DNA from: Leptospiraceae bacterium
GTDB lineage: Bacteria; Spirochaetota; Leptospiria; Leptospirales; Leptonemataceae
Reading direction: 5' to 3'
Length of the DNA stretch: 64,000 nt
NCBI GenBank assembly: GCA_040217195.1
Contig: JAVJNR010000004.1
Location: forward strand, 544,001 to 608,000
Shown piece after piece: positions 45,928 through 56,622 of this stretch. The translations under genes and the position numbers were made by a program. Within the stretch, counting starts at the first letter, position 1. Every line of letters begins with the position of its first letter. Below the pieces are notes generated by a model, which searched no databases, was not told where the DNA came from, and was given only the letters and a program-made list of their open reading frames with translations.

Positions 45928-48147
45928 TCACGCTGTGCCGATCCGTGCCAGAATACGTTCTGCTCTTTCATCCTCCGGATCCAATTTCAACGCCCCTTCC
46001 GCATGGATTCTCGCTTGCATGAAGTCTCCCAGATCCATATAGACGCGGGCCAGCAACCGAAGCATGGCGGTATGGTGCTCCAGATCTTCCTGGGCTTGTG
46101 TTAAATAATCCAGCGCTTCTTCACTGCGATTCAATTTCCACAGGCACAGGCCTTTATGGTAGAGATCAATCGTGGAATCCGGTTCCGATTTTTGTTCCAG
46201 CAGGCTCAGCGCTTCCTGAAACTTCTTACTCTGCAGAAGCTCTTTTATGTCAGAGACCACAGGACGGGCCATTGGCACTGCAGAGAACTCCACGCGAATT
46301 AAAGAGAGATCGTCCGTAATGCCTCCGTACGCTTGAAGTGCATCCACAATTCCTTCTAACTGCCCGCCAGTAGATTCGCAAATCTTCAAGAAAAGCCCTT
46401 CATCTTGATTGATCTGCCGGCCTTCCGTGTTTGACGATATCTCAAGGTCATCCCTTCCGTCGGAACCAGCAATCAGCACATCTCCATCTTCTAACTGATA
46501 CTCGAAGATCTGCGGCTCTTCCACATCTGGCATTCCAAATTTCCGGGTGCTCATTTCCTCTTCCAGAAAGCTTGCATTACCTTTGCGAAACAGAACAGTA
46601 TGCGGATGCTCCGCATTCAAATAAAACATACGACCGCTACTTTCTTCGATAATTCCCAGAGCCCCGCTCACGTACATGCTGCCATCAAAGGTTTCAAAGA
46701 TTCTCTGAATCTCTGCATGCGTTTGTCGCATCCATTCCCTGGGATCAATCTGAAGGTCTCTATCATTGGCGGAAGATCGAACCATGATTGAATTTATTAG
46801 AGAGCCCATGACCAGAGCTCCTCCTGCTCCTTGCATGGATTTGCCCATGGCATCTCCGTTAAAGAACATTACCCAGCGGCTACCGTTAAACTTAATATTG
46901 CCGCTAACGCATAGATCACCACCAAGTTCGGCTTTCCATCGCCTAAAGGAAAATTGCTTCTTCTGGCGCAATAGAAAGTCTGTACTGATCCTATCGCTAT
47001 TATTCCGATTCTTGAACAACGGATTCGTGAGTAATGTCGATAGATAGTAGTCCCCGTCCTGCTGCAGCTTCAGACGTTGCACCTGGGCCAGGGTTTCCTC
47101 CAGTCGGGCCGTTCGATCGGCAACCATATCTTCTAATTGCTCCGAATGAATACGAATCTCTCGCACCATATCGTTGAATGCATCTGCCAGCAAACCCAGT
47201 TCATCGCCGCTTTTTACTTCTACGCGTGTATTAAAGTCCCGGTCCTGGACCTGCTCTGCACCCCGACGAAGACTTTCGATGGGAGCTGTAAGAAAACGAG
47301 CCAGGAAATAGGCAGCCGCGCCAGTAACAAAAAAGATCACAACAAGGCTGGTAACCGCTACCCAGAAAAACCAGTTCAAAAGATTTAAATCCGAGTCCAC
47401 ATCCATGTCCAGACCCAGAACGGCTATTACGTTTCCCTCCCTATCCTTTATAGGAACCATTGCGCTGTACCAGACGCCCCATGCATCTGCGAAAGCATCA
47501 TCGGTGTTGGTGACCTTACCGGTCTTGAAGGCTTCCTTCATGCGGGGCTGAGCCGAAATATTATAGAGCAGCCCTGCCGGAACTCCTACCTCATCGTCAT
47601 CTATTTCTCCATTTTCATTCATATCGATTTCTTCGTAATCCGCATCCCCCAGAAAACGGACTATGTTATAATCTGGATCCTCATCAATGGGCGCCAGAAG
47701 ATAGGTATACTTCAGGGTTGGACTTCCTTCAGGACGATTCAAATCTTGATCCAGCTTCTCCGGGTAGACCGGATCTTCCAGAGTGCCGGCCTTGATCAGA
47801 CGCAGGGACTGAGCCAGCGCCTGGAATTCGGGGCTGGCCTCAATTTCCAGGGATCTTTCTCGGGGGATGGCCTCTTCAAATTCATCTTCCGGTATAGAAG
47901 CAAGAAATTTACTATCTACGCCCCTCTGACTTTCCTGCATTTGCCTGCTTAGCACAATCATCGCCTGGCGCTGCTCCGCGGTAAAAAGGGCCTGACCGGT
48001 TTTCCCGATATCCCTTAACCGACGGCTCATTTCGGACCAGACCTTATCCTTTAGCTGCAGATAATAGTAGCTCATGGCGGATGTAGATGCTGCCAGAGAT
48101 ACAAATGCGATGGCAACGGCCACCTTCAGGCTGAATGAGATTCGCAT
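45928..48147 (-). CDS. Membrane sensor PP2C/SpoIIE phosphatase (periplasmic sensor, HAMP, SpoIIE, TPR)
   Basis: Two TM helices; HAMP (DELGLLADAFNDM); GGD, DAMGK, SDG and DD PP2C motifs; C-terminal TPRs. Confidence 0.9.
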   Translation of the reverse strand: MRISFSLKVAVAIAFVSLAASTSAMSYYYLQLKDKVWSEMSRRLRDIGKTGQALFTAEQRQAMIVLSRQMQESQRGVDSKFLASIPEDEFEEAIPRERSLEIEASPEFQALAQSLRLIKAGTLEDPVYPEKLDQDLNRPEGSPTLKYTYLLAPIDEDPDYNIVRFLGDADYEEIDMNENGEIDDDEVGVPAGLLYNISAQPRMKEAFKTGKVTNTDDAFADAWGVWYSAMVPIKDREGNVIAVLGLDMDVDSDLNLLNWFFWVAVTSLVVIFFVTGAAAYFLARFLTAPIESLRRGAEQVQDRDFNTRVEVKSGDELGLLADAFNDMVREIRIHSEQLEDMVADRTARLEETLAQVQRLKLQQDGDYYLSTLLTNPLFKNRNNSDRISTDFLLRQKKQFSFRRWKAELGGDLCVSGNIKFNGSRWVMFFNGDAMGKSMQGAGGALVMGSLINSIMVRSSANDRDLQIDPREWMRQTHAEIQRIFETFDGSMYVSGALGIIEESSGRMFYLNAEHPHTVLFRKGNASFLEEEMSTRKFGMPDVEEPQIFEYQLEDGDVLIAGSDGRDDLEISSNTEGRQINQDEGLFLKICESTGGQLEGIVDALQAYGGITDDLSLIRVEFSAVPMARPVVSDIKELLQSKKFQEALSLLEQKSEPDSTIDLYHKGLCLWKLNRSEEALDYLTQAQEDLEHHTAMLRLLARVYMDLGDFMQARIHAEGALKLDPEDERAERILARIGTA

Positions 48148-48228
48148 GATACCGATCCTTTTTTTGTTTCCCCTGGCATGGACATTTTTTCAATTAGAGT
48201 CAAGGGAAATAGAAACTAAAAATGAATA

Positions 48229-49119
48229 ATGGAAGTTAATCAGATGATCAGGATTGCAGGAATCGGAGATATCCATACCTCTTTCGATGAAGAGGACGTA
48301 CGCTTATTCAATGAAAGCGACTACGATCTGATCTTGATCTGCGGCGATCTGCCAGGTAGATCCCATAAGCAAACCACGGCCATGGGAAAAATTATAGCAG
48401 ACCTGGAAAAGCCGGCACTGATGATTCCCGGAAATCACGACGGCACTTCTGTATTACAGTTGCTGGGTGAGATTACTGGAAGCGAAAGACTGAAAAGACC
48501 GGACTCCAAAATGAAAGGCCGATTGGAGGATTTGAAGCAAGCTCTGGGGGCGGTTCGGCTGGGAGGCTACTCCAGGCATGGCTTTGATCCGTTGCGCGGC
48601 TGGGTTAGTGAGGACTCGGAACTGGACATAATCGTTGCAAGGCCACACAGTATGGGAGGAAAAAGCATCGGATTTCTTCCATTTATTCAAAGCGAATACG
48701 GAGTCCAGACACAGACCGAATCGGCCAATCGGATCTTTTCCCTTCTCGAAGCAAGCTCTTCACCGCTGCGGTTGGTGCTGGCGCATAATGGGCCCACAGG
48801 GCTTGGAAGCTTGCCATCATCCATCTGGGGATGCGATTTTGATCCGGAACGAGGAGATTTTGGAGATCCGGATCTGGAAGAGGCCATCAATGAGGCAAAG
48901 AAAGCCCGGCAACAGCCCACAGTGGTTCTGGCGGGCCATATGCATCATGCGCTCAAGACCGGTGGCCAGAGGGAATGGTATGAGTTCATCGATGGAATTC
49001 ATTACATTAATGCAGCCAGGGTTCCCCGGATATTCCGGGAAAACGGGGAAAAACAAAGACACCATGTTCGGATAGAACTGGACAGAACCGATGTACAGAT
49101 AGAACAGATATACTGGTAA
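48229..49119 (+). CDS. Calcineurin-like metallophosphoesterase
   Basis: GDIH, CGD, GNHD, AHNGP and GHMH motifs. Confidence 0.88.
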   Translation: MEVNQMIRIAGIGDIHTSFDEEDVRLFNESDYDLILICGDLPGRSHKQTTAMGKIIADLEKPALMIPGNHDGTSVLQLLGEITGSERLKRPDSKMKGRLEDLKQALGAVRLGGYSRHGFDPLRGWVSEDSELDIIVARPHSMGGKSIGFLPFIQSEYGVQTQTESANRIFSLLEASSSPLRLVLAHNGPTGLGSLPSSIWGCDFDPERGDFGDPDLEEAINEAKKARQQPTVVLAGHMHHALKTGGQREWYEFIDGIHYINAARVPRIFRENGEKQRHHVRIELDRTDVQIEQIYW

Positions 49120-49122
49120 TAC

Positions 49123-51123
49123 ATGGAACCTTTAGCAGGAGCAAATAGCCCTTCTCAGAGCCCGGATCTGATCTCCAGCACTGATTTAAAAAGCCTACTA
49201 CTATCTTTCAGCCCTGGAGCGGAAAGGGAGATCACCCAGGTCGAAAAAGGGGTGCAGAATTTCTTCATGTTCCATCAGTCTCCGCGAGCTCTGGTGAAGC
49301 TTCCGGACCTTAAGATCCTCTCAGAAAATGACCTGAAGAACCTGGAAGCCAGGGAAGTTCTGCGCATTGGACACTATCTGGAATACTCCGATGAAGAACA
49401 AAAGCTTCAGTTGCAGAAAGTTGCCATTCGACCTGCATCGTTAAAGGGAGACCAGGTGGATAAGATCATGCGAGCCTGCGTTCGCACAGGTCTGAGCAGT
49501 GTTATGCGATACATCCGGCACAGAGATTATCGCATACTGGAGCAAGAACGAAGTGGGCAACTTGGCCCTCAGTTGCGCGAGCATTTACTACTCAGCCCCG
49601 AAAGCCTCCAGGATCGCACCGCCTTTGTGCAGCAGCTTGGCCGTCTGGAAAGTGTTTCCTTTGAAAGTCTTCTGGAAGTGGAAACAGAAGCCCCCCGCTC
49701 CTATATAGATGAAATCGTTCGAATTCTTGCAAAACCGCAGGAAGAGCTTCGAGCAGAGCTGGAACTGGAAAAGGAGAAGTTTCAGGAATCCTTTGAGCTC
49801 ATGGACCAGAGGCCGGAAAGGCCGGTACTCTACTCTCTGCGAAGGGACTTTCATCTGGTCTATCCGCCGGGCATGGCCATGGTAGATTTTGGTGAGGACT
49901 CATTCACTGAAAGAGTTACGGAATCAGAGTGGATCCATAGAATTTTCGTAGAAACGGCAGGCAGGATTATTCATTTTCTAATGCCTGATATTGATGTCGA
50001 AAAAGGCGATATGGGGGCCGGATACCTGGCCGAGCTGTCCAGACATCCAAGTTTTACTGCAGGAGAATCCTGGCCCGGTGGCCTGGAATTTCTGGAAGCC
50101 CTGGATCGACTGATTCAGCTTTCGCAGGGACTTCGGACGGTTCGCGCTGAAGTGCTGCTGAGTTTTGTGTACCAGCAAGCTCTAAATATGCTGAATATGA
50201 AGTTCGAACCCATTCACTTTAATCAGGAAAGTTTTCAGCCCAATGAGCAGGTTGCTCAGAAGTTCTCGGACAAGAAAAAGATATACGATGCTGTAATGAG
50301 CCGATTCCGCAAAGATTCTGAGGTTCTGGTCAGTGTGGATCGCAGATCGGATTCTTCCGGTGCCTATTTGCTGTTTCGCTCCAATCTGGCTCGCGCATTT
50401 ATTCGAAATAAGGACCGCCGATCCTTTCTGCATTTAATGGCCAAAGAAGGTGGCATGGGAAGCGGAATATACGATGCGCTCCTGGACATGAACATGCCAG
50501 GTCTGGATACGGAAATATTGAGCGAACAGAGGGAGCTCACAGAGGCCATCAAGAAATGGGAAGATGAGCTGGAAAAAGAACGAAAGAAAAAGGAACGAAA
50601 GGGCCGAGGCTTCTTTGCTCGATTCCTGGACTGGTTGCTTTCCCTTTTTGGCATGATGCCATCTCCGGAGCGACGTCCAGAAAACGGAGGTCCAGCATCT
50701 ATCGAGGAACTGGCCGAAAGTCAGGAAGCGGAAAACGAAGCCAGGAAAAGAAAAAAGCAAAATGGTCGCTCCGGACCGAAAGCACGTACGCATCTGATTC
50801 CGCCCAATGTTTCCAGGGCTGCCTCTTACGTAGAACGGGCAAACCATGGCCTTATATGGCTGGATGATGTAGTAAAGGCCTTAAACTCTGTGAAGTTCGA
50901 CATGAACAATACCGGTGATCTTCTCTATTACGATCAACAGGACCGGTTCGATGAGATTCGACCTTTGATGAAACATCGAAGATTGTTCATTCGCAAAGAG
51001 AACCTGGATAATCCAGAATGGCTATCCAATACAGCCTCCTGGCTGGACAACCTGACCGAGGCCAAAGAAGAACATCGAATTCTGGCTCAGCATTTTCGCC
51101 ATCGATTGAATGACATTGAGTAA
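49123..51123 (+). CDS. Large hypothetical protein
   Basis: 666-aa ORF 3 nt after the phosphoesterase; helical with a coiled coil and an amphipathic GFFARFLDWLLSLFG segment. Confidence 0.75.
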   Translation: MEPLAGANSPSQSPDLISSTDLKSLLLSFSPGAEREITQVEKGVQNFFMFHQSPRALVKLPDLKILSENDLKNLEAREVLRIGHYLEYSDEEQKLQLQKVAIRPASLKGDQVDKIMRACVRTGLSSVMRYIRHRDYRILEQERSGQLGPQLREHLLLSPESLQDRTAFVQQLGRLESVSFESLLEVETEAPRSYIDEIVRILAKPQEELRAELELEKEKFQESFELMDQRPERPVLYSLRRDFHLVYPPGMAMVDFGEDSFTERVTESEWIHRIFVETAGRIIHFLMPDIDVEKGDMGAGYLAELSRHPSFTAGESWPGGLEFLEALDRLIQLSQGLRTVRAEVLLSFVYQQALNMLNMKFEPIHFNQESFQPNEQVAQKFSDKKKIYDAVMSRFRKDSEVLVSVDRRSDSSGAYLLFRSNLARAFIRNKDRRSFLHLMAKEGGMGSGIYDALLDMNMPGLDTEILSEQRELTEAIKKWEDELEKERKKKERKGRGFFARFLDWLLSLFGMMPSPERRPENGGPASIEELAESQEAENEARKRKKQNGRSGPKARTHLIPPNVSRAASYVERANHGLIWLDDVVKALNSVKFDMNNTGDLLYYDQQDRFDEIRPLMKHRRLFIRKENLDNPEWLSNTASWLDNLTEAKEEHRILAQHFRHRLNDIE

Positions 51124-51314
51124 ATCGCAACCGGTGAAGAGCCGGCAAATAGGCAGGCCCCTGTCCTGAATTTTCTCCTTTAAGTAACCATGCCCGGTCT
51201 TTCATGAATGAGCCTTACCAGGGTTTCTGCTGCAGCCTTCCTTCTCTACAAGGATAGAATTAGCGGCCCAGGTGCCCCCAGATACAGGACAGAATCAACT
51301 GTAAACAGGGCAGT

Positions 51315-52502
51315 TCAGTCTACCTCAATGTCCGCGATAAAGCCGGCGTCGTTCCATACTTCGCTAATATTTAGCAATTCGTAGCTTTGGCCGCCGTCTT
51401 GCGATATGAGCATAGATCCGTTGTTACCGGATGCGTTGCGGTAGCTGAATAGAATTCTGCTATCTATGCCTGCAAGAGCCGGAATGTTACCTATCTCTGT
51501 GACCTGTTCGCAGCCCGGAGCCGCGAAGGAAGCCGCGGAAGGATTCGAGGATGGGGACTTAAAAGAGTAAATACGACAGAGGTCATCGAATGTATCTACC
51601 ATCCCGATGTGGTAGCGCCCCTGGATGTAATCTGCACCTGCATGACGATCAGCACCCAATGGATGGAATGTATACGATACGGGGTACGAACCTGCGTTTT
51701 GCATATCCCCCGGCAAACCGGTAGAATAATTACTGTAATAATCCCCGTTCTGGTCGGCCATGCCTACCAATCCCTGGGCTCCGGCCACCAGACCGTAATA
51801 CTGATCGTAGAATGAGGAATGGGAAGAGGCAGTAGAAAATGAGTTCAGATTGCGAATCGGAGCCCACTGCAAATGATTCTGGTCTGCCGAAGCGATGTAC
51901 AGATAGCTTTCATTACAATCGATTCCATCGATGGTGATTTCATCCGCACCGGCAGCAGACCATGATTGGAATGTCCGGCCATTGTCATAGCTAACGTATC
52001 CTGGATGCCCATCCTCTTCATCTACAGAGATTGTATCATATGTGAGAATGAGAGCATTTCCGCATCCAAGGATATGGCTAATGTCCTCGGATTCATTATC
52101 ATCCGGTGCTTCGAAAATCTCCCAGTTCTGGCCCCTATCGCGACTGATCCAGAGCTCATCTTCGCTATCCTGGGACAGGACGAAAATAGTACCGTCCAAC
52201 ACTTCAGCCTTCCATGTATTGGCAGGACCGGCTGAGAAAGGTACCCACTCAGTGTTCATGGAATCCGGGCCAGGCTGTGCTTCAATCATTCCCAGACTTT
52301 CTCCCCCTGCATCAGACTCATCCGGGAACAGATAAAATGTCTGGGGACCATTTAATAGAGATAACAATACAGGCAGATCTGCGGTCGCAGAGGGCTTCAA
52401 CTCAAGACACTGAATCAGGGCCAGCGCCGGTAGAACTGTAAAAATGAAAGAGTATTTCCTGGGATTTGACGGGAGATTCCGTTGCTTCATCTCTTCAAGC
52501 AA
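51315..52502 (-). CDS. Asp-box (BNR) repeat lipoprotein, paralog 3
   Basis: Lipobox-like LIQC; Asp-boxes SRDRGQNW, SYDNGRTF, SQDGGQSY; start uncertain. Confidence 0.75.
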   Translation of the reverse strand: MLEEMKQRNLPSNPRKYSFIFTVLPALALIQCLELKPSATADLPVLLSLLNGPQTFYLFPDESDAGGESLGMIEAQPGPDSMNTEWVPFSAGPANTWKAEVLDGTIFVLSQDSEDELWISRDRGQNWEIFEAPDDNESEDISHILGCGNALILTYDTISVDEEDGHPGYVSYDNGRTFQSWSAAGADEITIDGIDCNESYLYIASADQNHLQWAPIRNLNSFSTASSHSSFYDQYYGLVAGAQGLVGMADQNGDYYSNYSTGLPGDMQNAGSYPVSYTFHPLGADRHAGADYIQGRYHIGMVDTFDDLCRIYSFKSPSSNPSAASFAAPGCEQVTEIGNIPALAGIDSRILFSYRNASGNNGSMLISQDGGQSYELLNISEVWNDAGFIADIEVD

Positions 52503-52694
52503 AGAAGGAACGGCTCATATTTGTAGAATTTTTTATACTTAATTTCAGTGCAATTAAACGTTCTACAAAACTCCGCGGGCAATCTGGATTAAGCTCATTT
52601 CTCCAGCGGGCTATCCAGTGGTCAGCCGACAGCATGGAATTCAATACTACGCTTCAGCGCTGCGAAAGGCATCAAATGAATAGTTTCCAGGATT

Positions 52695-53879
52695 TCAGGG
52701 ATACTGTTCCAGATCAATTATGTAACCACTATCGCTCCAGATGGAGCTCAGGTCGATGAGAGAGAAGCTTGCTCCTTCATCGATTGAGTAAAGCAAGCCG
52801 GTGGATGTGCTGGGTGCACTTGCGTACGATACAAAAATTCCCGAGCTACCGAAGACGATGGCAGGCATGATTCCCAGGTTTGTAACATCGCTGCAATCCC
52901 GGGTGAAGGGGGTAACGCTGGCCGGTGATGTTGCGAGGTTGGTTAAGACATAGATTCTACAGGTCTCGGTACCGGTATCGGGCTCTGTGACAACAACTCG
53001 GTCTGGCCCTAGGTAGTTGGATCGTATAGCTCCGTTACAGCCGAAGTTCATATTTGGCATAATCCCGGATTCATCCACTGACGCTCCACCATCGGAGGAA
53101 TAGTTAAGGGCACACTGGATTGTATTCAAGTCATCCTGAGCCAGGCCCGCAAAGCCAGTGGTGGTAGCCGTCAAGTCTGTATAATCGGAGTAGCTCACTC
53201 CTGCATTGGGCACACCGGTCCATGAAGCAAGATTCTGCAGGAATGCATACTGCACTCTATTGGAAGACTGAGAGGAAGCAACGTAGATTTTTGTATCTGT
53301 GCAATCGATGCCGTGAATAACAATATCGCCGGATCCTGTTGACGCAGGACCTATTCCAACGCGAAACTCCTGCCACGAGGCCCCTCCATCGCGACTGACG
53401 TAGCCGGGCTGACTTCCGGAACCATTGTACGCGATACTGGCCTGGGTAATGATCACCGCACTGCCGCATCCTACTACATAAGAAATGCCTGTAGATTCGT
53501 TACCCGAAGGAAGATCCATAGACTCCCAATTGGCTCCCTGGTCACGAGAAATCCAGAAATCATCCTGACTGGAAGTGTCTGCTGCAAAGATGACTCCGTT
53601 GACTATGGCTGCATCCCGAATCTGAGCCGGCCCTCCGGACCAATCGATCCTTTCTGGAATTCCGCTAGAGGAAATCCGAAAGAGCGTACGTGCCTGATTG
53701 TCTCCTGAAGAATCGTTCAAAAAGGCAAAGGTAGTATTGCTAAGGAAGATAGTAAATAGCGCGGGCAAAAGCCCCTCGGTGCCCTGGGATGCTGGTTCGC
53801 CAAGAATTAAGCAGCGGGATTGGCCAAAACCAAGGGTAACCAGAAAGGTAATAAGGGCTATTCTTCGCAGTAGTTTCAT
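52695..53879 (-). CDS. Asp-box (BNR) repeat lipoprotein, paralog 2
   Basis: Signal peptide with Cys; SRDQGANW, SRDGGASW, SSDGGAS, SIDEGASF. Confidence 0.8.
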   Translation of the reverse strand: MKLLRRIALITFLVTLGFGQSRCLILGEPASQGTEGLLPALFTIFLSNTTFAFLNDSSGDNQARTLFRISSSGIPERIDWSGGPAQIRDAAIVNGVIFAADTSSQDDFWISRDQGANWESMDLPSGNESTGISYVVGCGSAVIITQASIAYNGSGSQPGYVSRDGGASWQEFRVGIGPASTGSGDIVIHGIDCTDTKIYVASSQSSNRVQYAFLQNLASWTGVPNAGVSYSDYTDLTATTTGFAGLAQDDLNTIQCALNYSSDGGASVDESGIMPNMNFGCNGAIRSNYLGPDRVVVTEPDTGTETCRIYVLTNLATSPASVTPFTRDCSDVTNLGIMPAIVFGSSGIFVSYASAPSTSTGLLYSIDEGASFSLIDLSSIWSDSGYIIDLEQYP

Positions 53880-53966
53880 TGCTGATGCACTTCGCCATTA
53901 AAAGTAGTGAATTTCTATTCTGAACTTAGCCTTCATTTAGCGTATATCAGCACAGATGATTCCCGA

Positions 53967-55118
53967 TCACTGAGCATCATCTATGCTAGTTACGATTCCG
54001 TCGCCTGAAAAAACCGAATTAAGATCAATCTTAGTAAGCGTATTGCCCCCGTCCCCAGAAAAAACCGCACCCGTTTCCGTACCGGAAAAGGAAGAGTAGG
54101 ATGCGAATATACCAGAGCTAGACACCAGTAGAGCCGGCATCCTTTGAGGATTTCCGATGTCGGCGCAGGAGATGGCACCTACTGGACTACTGGAGGGACT
54201 CATGGCTCCGTTTCCCAGGTTATAAATTCGGCAAATATCGTTAGTCTGATCCAGTTCCGAAACGTAAAAGCTCCCTGCACCATATTCCACAACTCCTGTG
54301 AACTCCAGCCCCATGTGTGGCATGGCACCGGCCAGAGCCATTCCCTCCCCATTGTTCAGGGAATAGTTCACATCCGGGTTGTAAGGGCAATATCCGGGCG
54401 TAGTGCAGGCCAACCCGATCAGACTATTCCCTGACGTTGCAATCGAGGGATAGCCATTTTGCGACGCAGGATGAGAAGTGGCCACAGTCCAATTGTTTAA
54501 ATCTGCCAGCGAGGCCCATTGAAATACATTGGTCACATTATTTGAAGCAACAAAAATCTTTTCCGAATTACAATCGATGGCCGAAACGTTATAATCACCT
54601 GATCCAGAGGGTGAGGCAGGAGTGGCCCCCAGTCGAAATTCCTGCCAGCTGAGCCCACTGTCATAGCTAATGTACCCGGGCCTGGGGCTTGTTCCGTTAT
54701 AAGCAACGTTACTCTGTGTGATAATCACTGCAGTCCCACAGCCAATTACATTTGTGATATTCTCGGATTCATTATTGCTGGGTGCATCAAACAATTCCCA
54801 GGTAACGGCATCATCCCGGGAAATCCATACATCATCCTGATTGTTGTTTTCCAGAGCAAAGATAACACCATTTACAACGGCGCCCTTCCAGATATTGCCG
54901 GGCCCGCCACTCCAGGATAGCAGCCGCAAGCCGCCTGCAAAGTCCCGTTTAACTATGGCTCTTGACTCAGTAGAAGCACTCTGATCGCTAAAGAAAAAAT
55001 AGGTGGGATTGGAAAGCGCGGAAATCAGTAGAGGGCCATCGGAAAAAGAATCATCCAGAGCAAGACAGCCCGGAGCTACCAGTCCAGTAAGAATTATTGC
55101 TAAAACTCGCCGCTTCAT
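53967..55118 (-). CDS. Asp-box (BNR) repeat lipoprotein, paralog 1
   Basis: Lipobox VAPGC; SRDDAVTW, SYDSGLSW, SGDGGNTL. Confidence 0.8.
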   Translation of the reverse strand: MKRRVLAIILTGLVAPGCLALDDSFSDGPLLISALSNPTYFFFSDQSASTESRAIVKRDFAGGLRLLSWSGGPGNIWKGAVVNGVIFALENNNQDDVWISRDDAVTWELFDAPSNNESENITNVIGCGTAVIITQSNVAYNGTSPRPGYISYDSGLSWQEFRLGATPASPSGSGDYNVSAIDCNSEKIFVASNNVTNVFQWASLADLNNWTVATSHPASQNGYPSIATSGNSLIGLACTTPGYCPYNPDVNYSLNNGEGMALAGAMPHMGLEFTGVVEYGAGSFYVSELDQTNDICRIYNLGNGAMSPSSSPVGAISCADIGNPQRMPALLVSSSGIFASYSSFSGTETGAVFSGDGGNTLTKIDLNSVFSGDGIVTSIDDAQ

Positions 55119-55201
55119 GATGTACCCAACAACAAGATATTACCCAACGTTTGCATAAAAATCCCGGCCGGTTTCCGGAATTGGCAGCTCATGGATCCCT
55201 T

Positions 55202-56203
55202 TCAGAATCGGTAATGGTAGCCAAAAATCAGGCTGGTTTCCGGGTTTCTAGCGCCAGCCAATGGGGAATCTGCCGTGCCACCCGGCTGGGGAGAAAAAGC
55301 ACTGGGAGGCAGTCCCAGACCGGTATCCGAGGGCAAACGTCCGGGCCTTTGACCGTACAGTACATCCACAGTGAAACCATTGCCGTCGTCGGACGAATTT
55401 TCCACCACCAGGCCCTCTTCCCAGGCAAATCCGTTAAATACTATATGGGCCAGCTGCACTCCATAGAGAGTCAGTAGAGACATCACTGCATAATTATAGT
55501 CCTTTACTTTCTCTCTGTAGGCATTGGTGAAACGATTACTGGACTCAAGAAAGTAGGCTACTCTGACGTCGGGACTTAAACCTGGATTCTGGGCTGCAAT
55601 GATAGCCAGAGCTATATTGGTATTCACCTGTTCCTGGTTTTCCGCTTTCGCAGAATGCGCTGGACCCCAGGTTCTGCCAAGGTTATACAATGCCAGGCCC
55701 GTAAGAGCCATGTAAGTATAGCCAATGTACGGACGGTCCATCTCCAAATGCCCCCAGCCAGGGAGGACAGCAGATCTCCAGGCAAAATCGAAGTATGAAA
55801 TGGGTTCATCCGGCTTTTCTATGTTACCCTTTTCCACTTGCTGCCGCAGATACTGGGCCCGCTCCGCTCGAGCGATTGCTTGCTCAGATCGAAATTTCTG
55901 ACGGACTCGCTCCAGCTCCGCTTCTTCCTTGCGACGTTTTTCAGCCTCAATACGACGCTGCCTTTCTATGGCCAATCGACGCCGAATTTCCCGAATCTCT
56001 TCTTCGGTTTCAAAGGTGATTCTGGAGATCTGAGTTTTGGAGATGACTCGAGTCTTTCCGTCAATAATGGCTGTAACGGATTTCTCGGTTTGCTGGGTAA
56101 TCGTTCCTACTAGAATCTCCCCATTACGCATATAAATGGCTTCTGCCATTAATGAGCTACTCAGAACGGAAAGAATTATGATAAATGCTAGAAGCCTGCG
56201 CAT
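55202..56203 (-). CDS. LA_0442/LA_0875-like exported or outer-membrane protein
   Basis: Signal peptide; AIYMRNGEILVGTI N-terminal domain; coiled coil; WRSAVLPGWG motif; terminal GYHYRF. Confidence 0.7.
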   Translation of the reverse strand: MRRLLAFIIILSVLSSSLMAEAIYMRNGEILVGTITQQTEKSVTAIIDGKTRVISKTQISRITFETEEEIREIRRRLAIERQRRIEAEKRRKEEAELERVRQKFRSEQAIARAERAQYLRQQVEKGNIEKPDEPISYFDFAWRSAVLPGWGHLEMDRPYIGYTYMALTGLALYNLGRTWGPAHSAKAENQEQVNTNIALAIIAAQNPGLSPDVRVAYFLESSNRFTNAYREKVKDYNYAVMSLLTLYGVQLAHIVFNGFAWEEGLVVENSSDDGNGFTVDVLYGQRPGRLPSDTGLGLPPSAFSPQPGGTADSPLAGARNPETSLIFGYHYRF

Positions 56204-56205
56204 AG

Positions 56206-56589
56206 TCAATTATCCAGAATAAAGTCATAGACTTTAATTACTTCGAATTGCCAGTACACAGCGGTATCCACCGCCTGGCATCGAATGGTATCTACAGCAT
56301 TGGCCGCGGGTGGTAGCGGCAGGTAGACTGTGCATTCTTTTTGGGAATTTCCGTCCTGGATCACAATTTTTCCGTGCAAAGTACGCTCGATTGATTTGTT
56401 ATTAGTGGCTTCAATGCGAAACTCTTGAATACCAGGGGCATCCCCTTTCCGTCGCACGATGTTCACTTCTATGGCATTCTCTTTGTCGCTGACCTGAATG
56501 GAACCGGAGTTTCGCGGTGCAGCCAGAAGAAAGGAACTGGACAGAAGAAATAACAGCGCACCCAGACATTTAAGACGTTGGTGCATCAT
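56206..56589 (-). CDS. Small exported hypothetical protein
   Basis: 127 aa; signal peptide; beta-rich mature part with a Cys pair. Confidence 0.6.
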   Translation of the reverse strand: MMHQRLKCLGALLFLLSSSFLLAAPRNSGSIQVSDKENAIEVNIVRRKGDAPGIQEFRIEATNNKSIERTLHGKIVIQDGNSQKECTVYLPLPPAANAVDTIRCQAVDTAVYWQFEVIKVYDFILDN

Positions 56590-56622
56590 GGTATAGTCAG
56601 GTACACCAAAGGAAACAGATTT

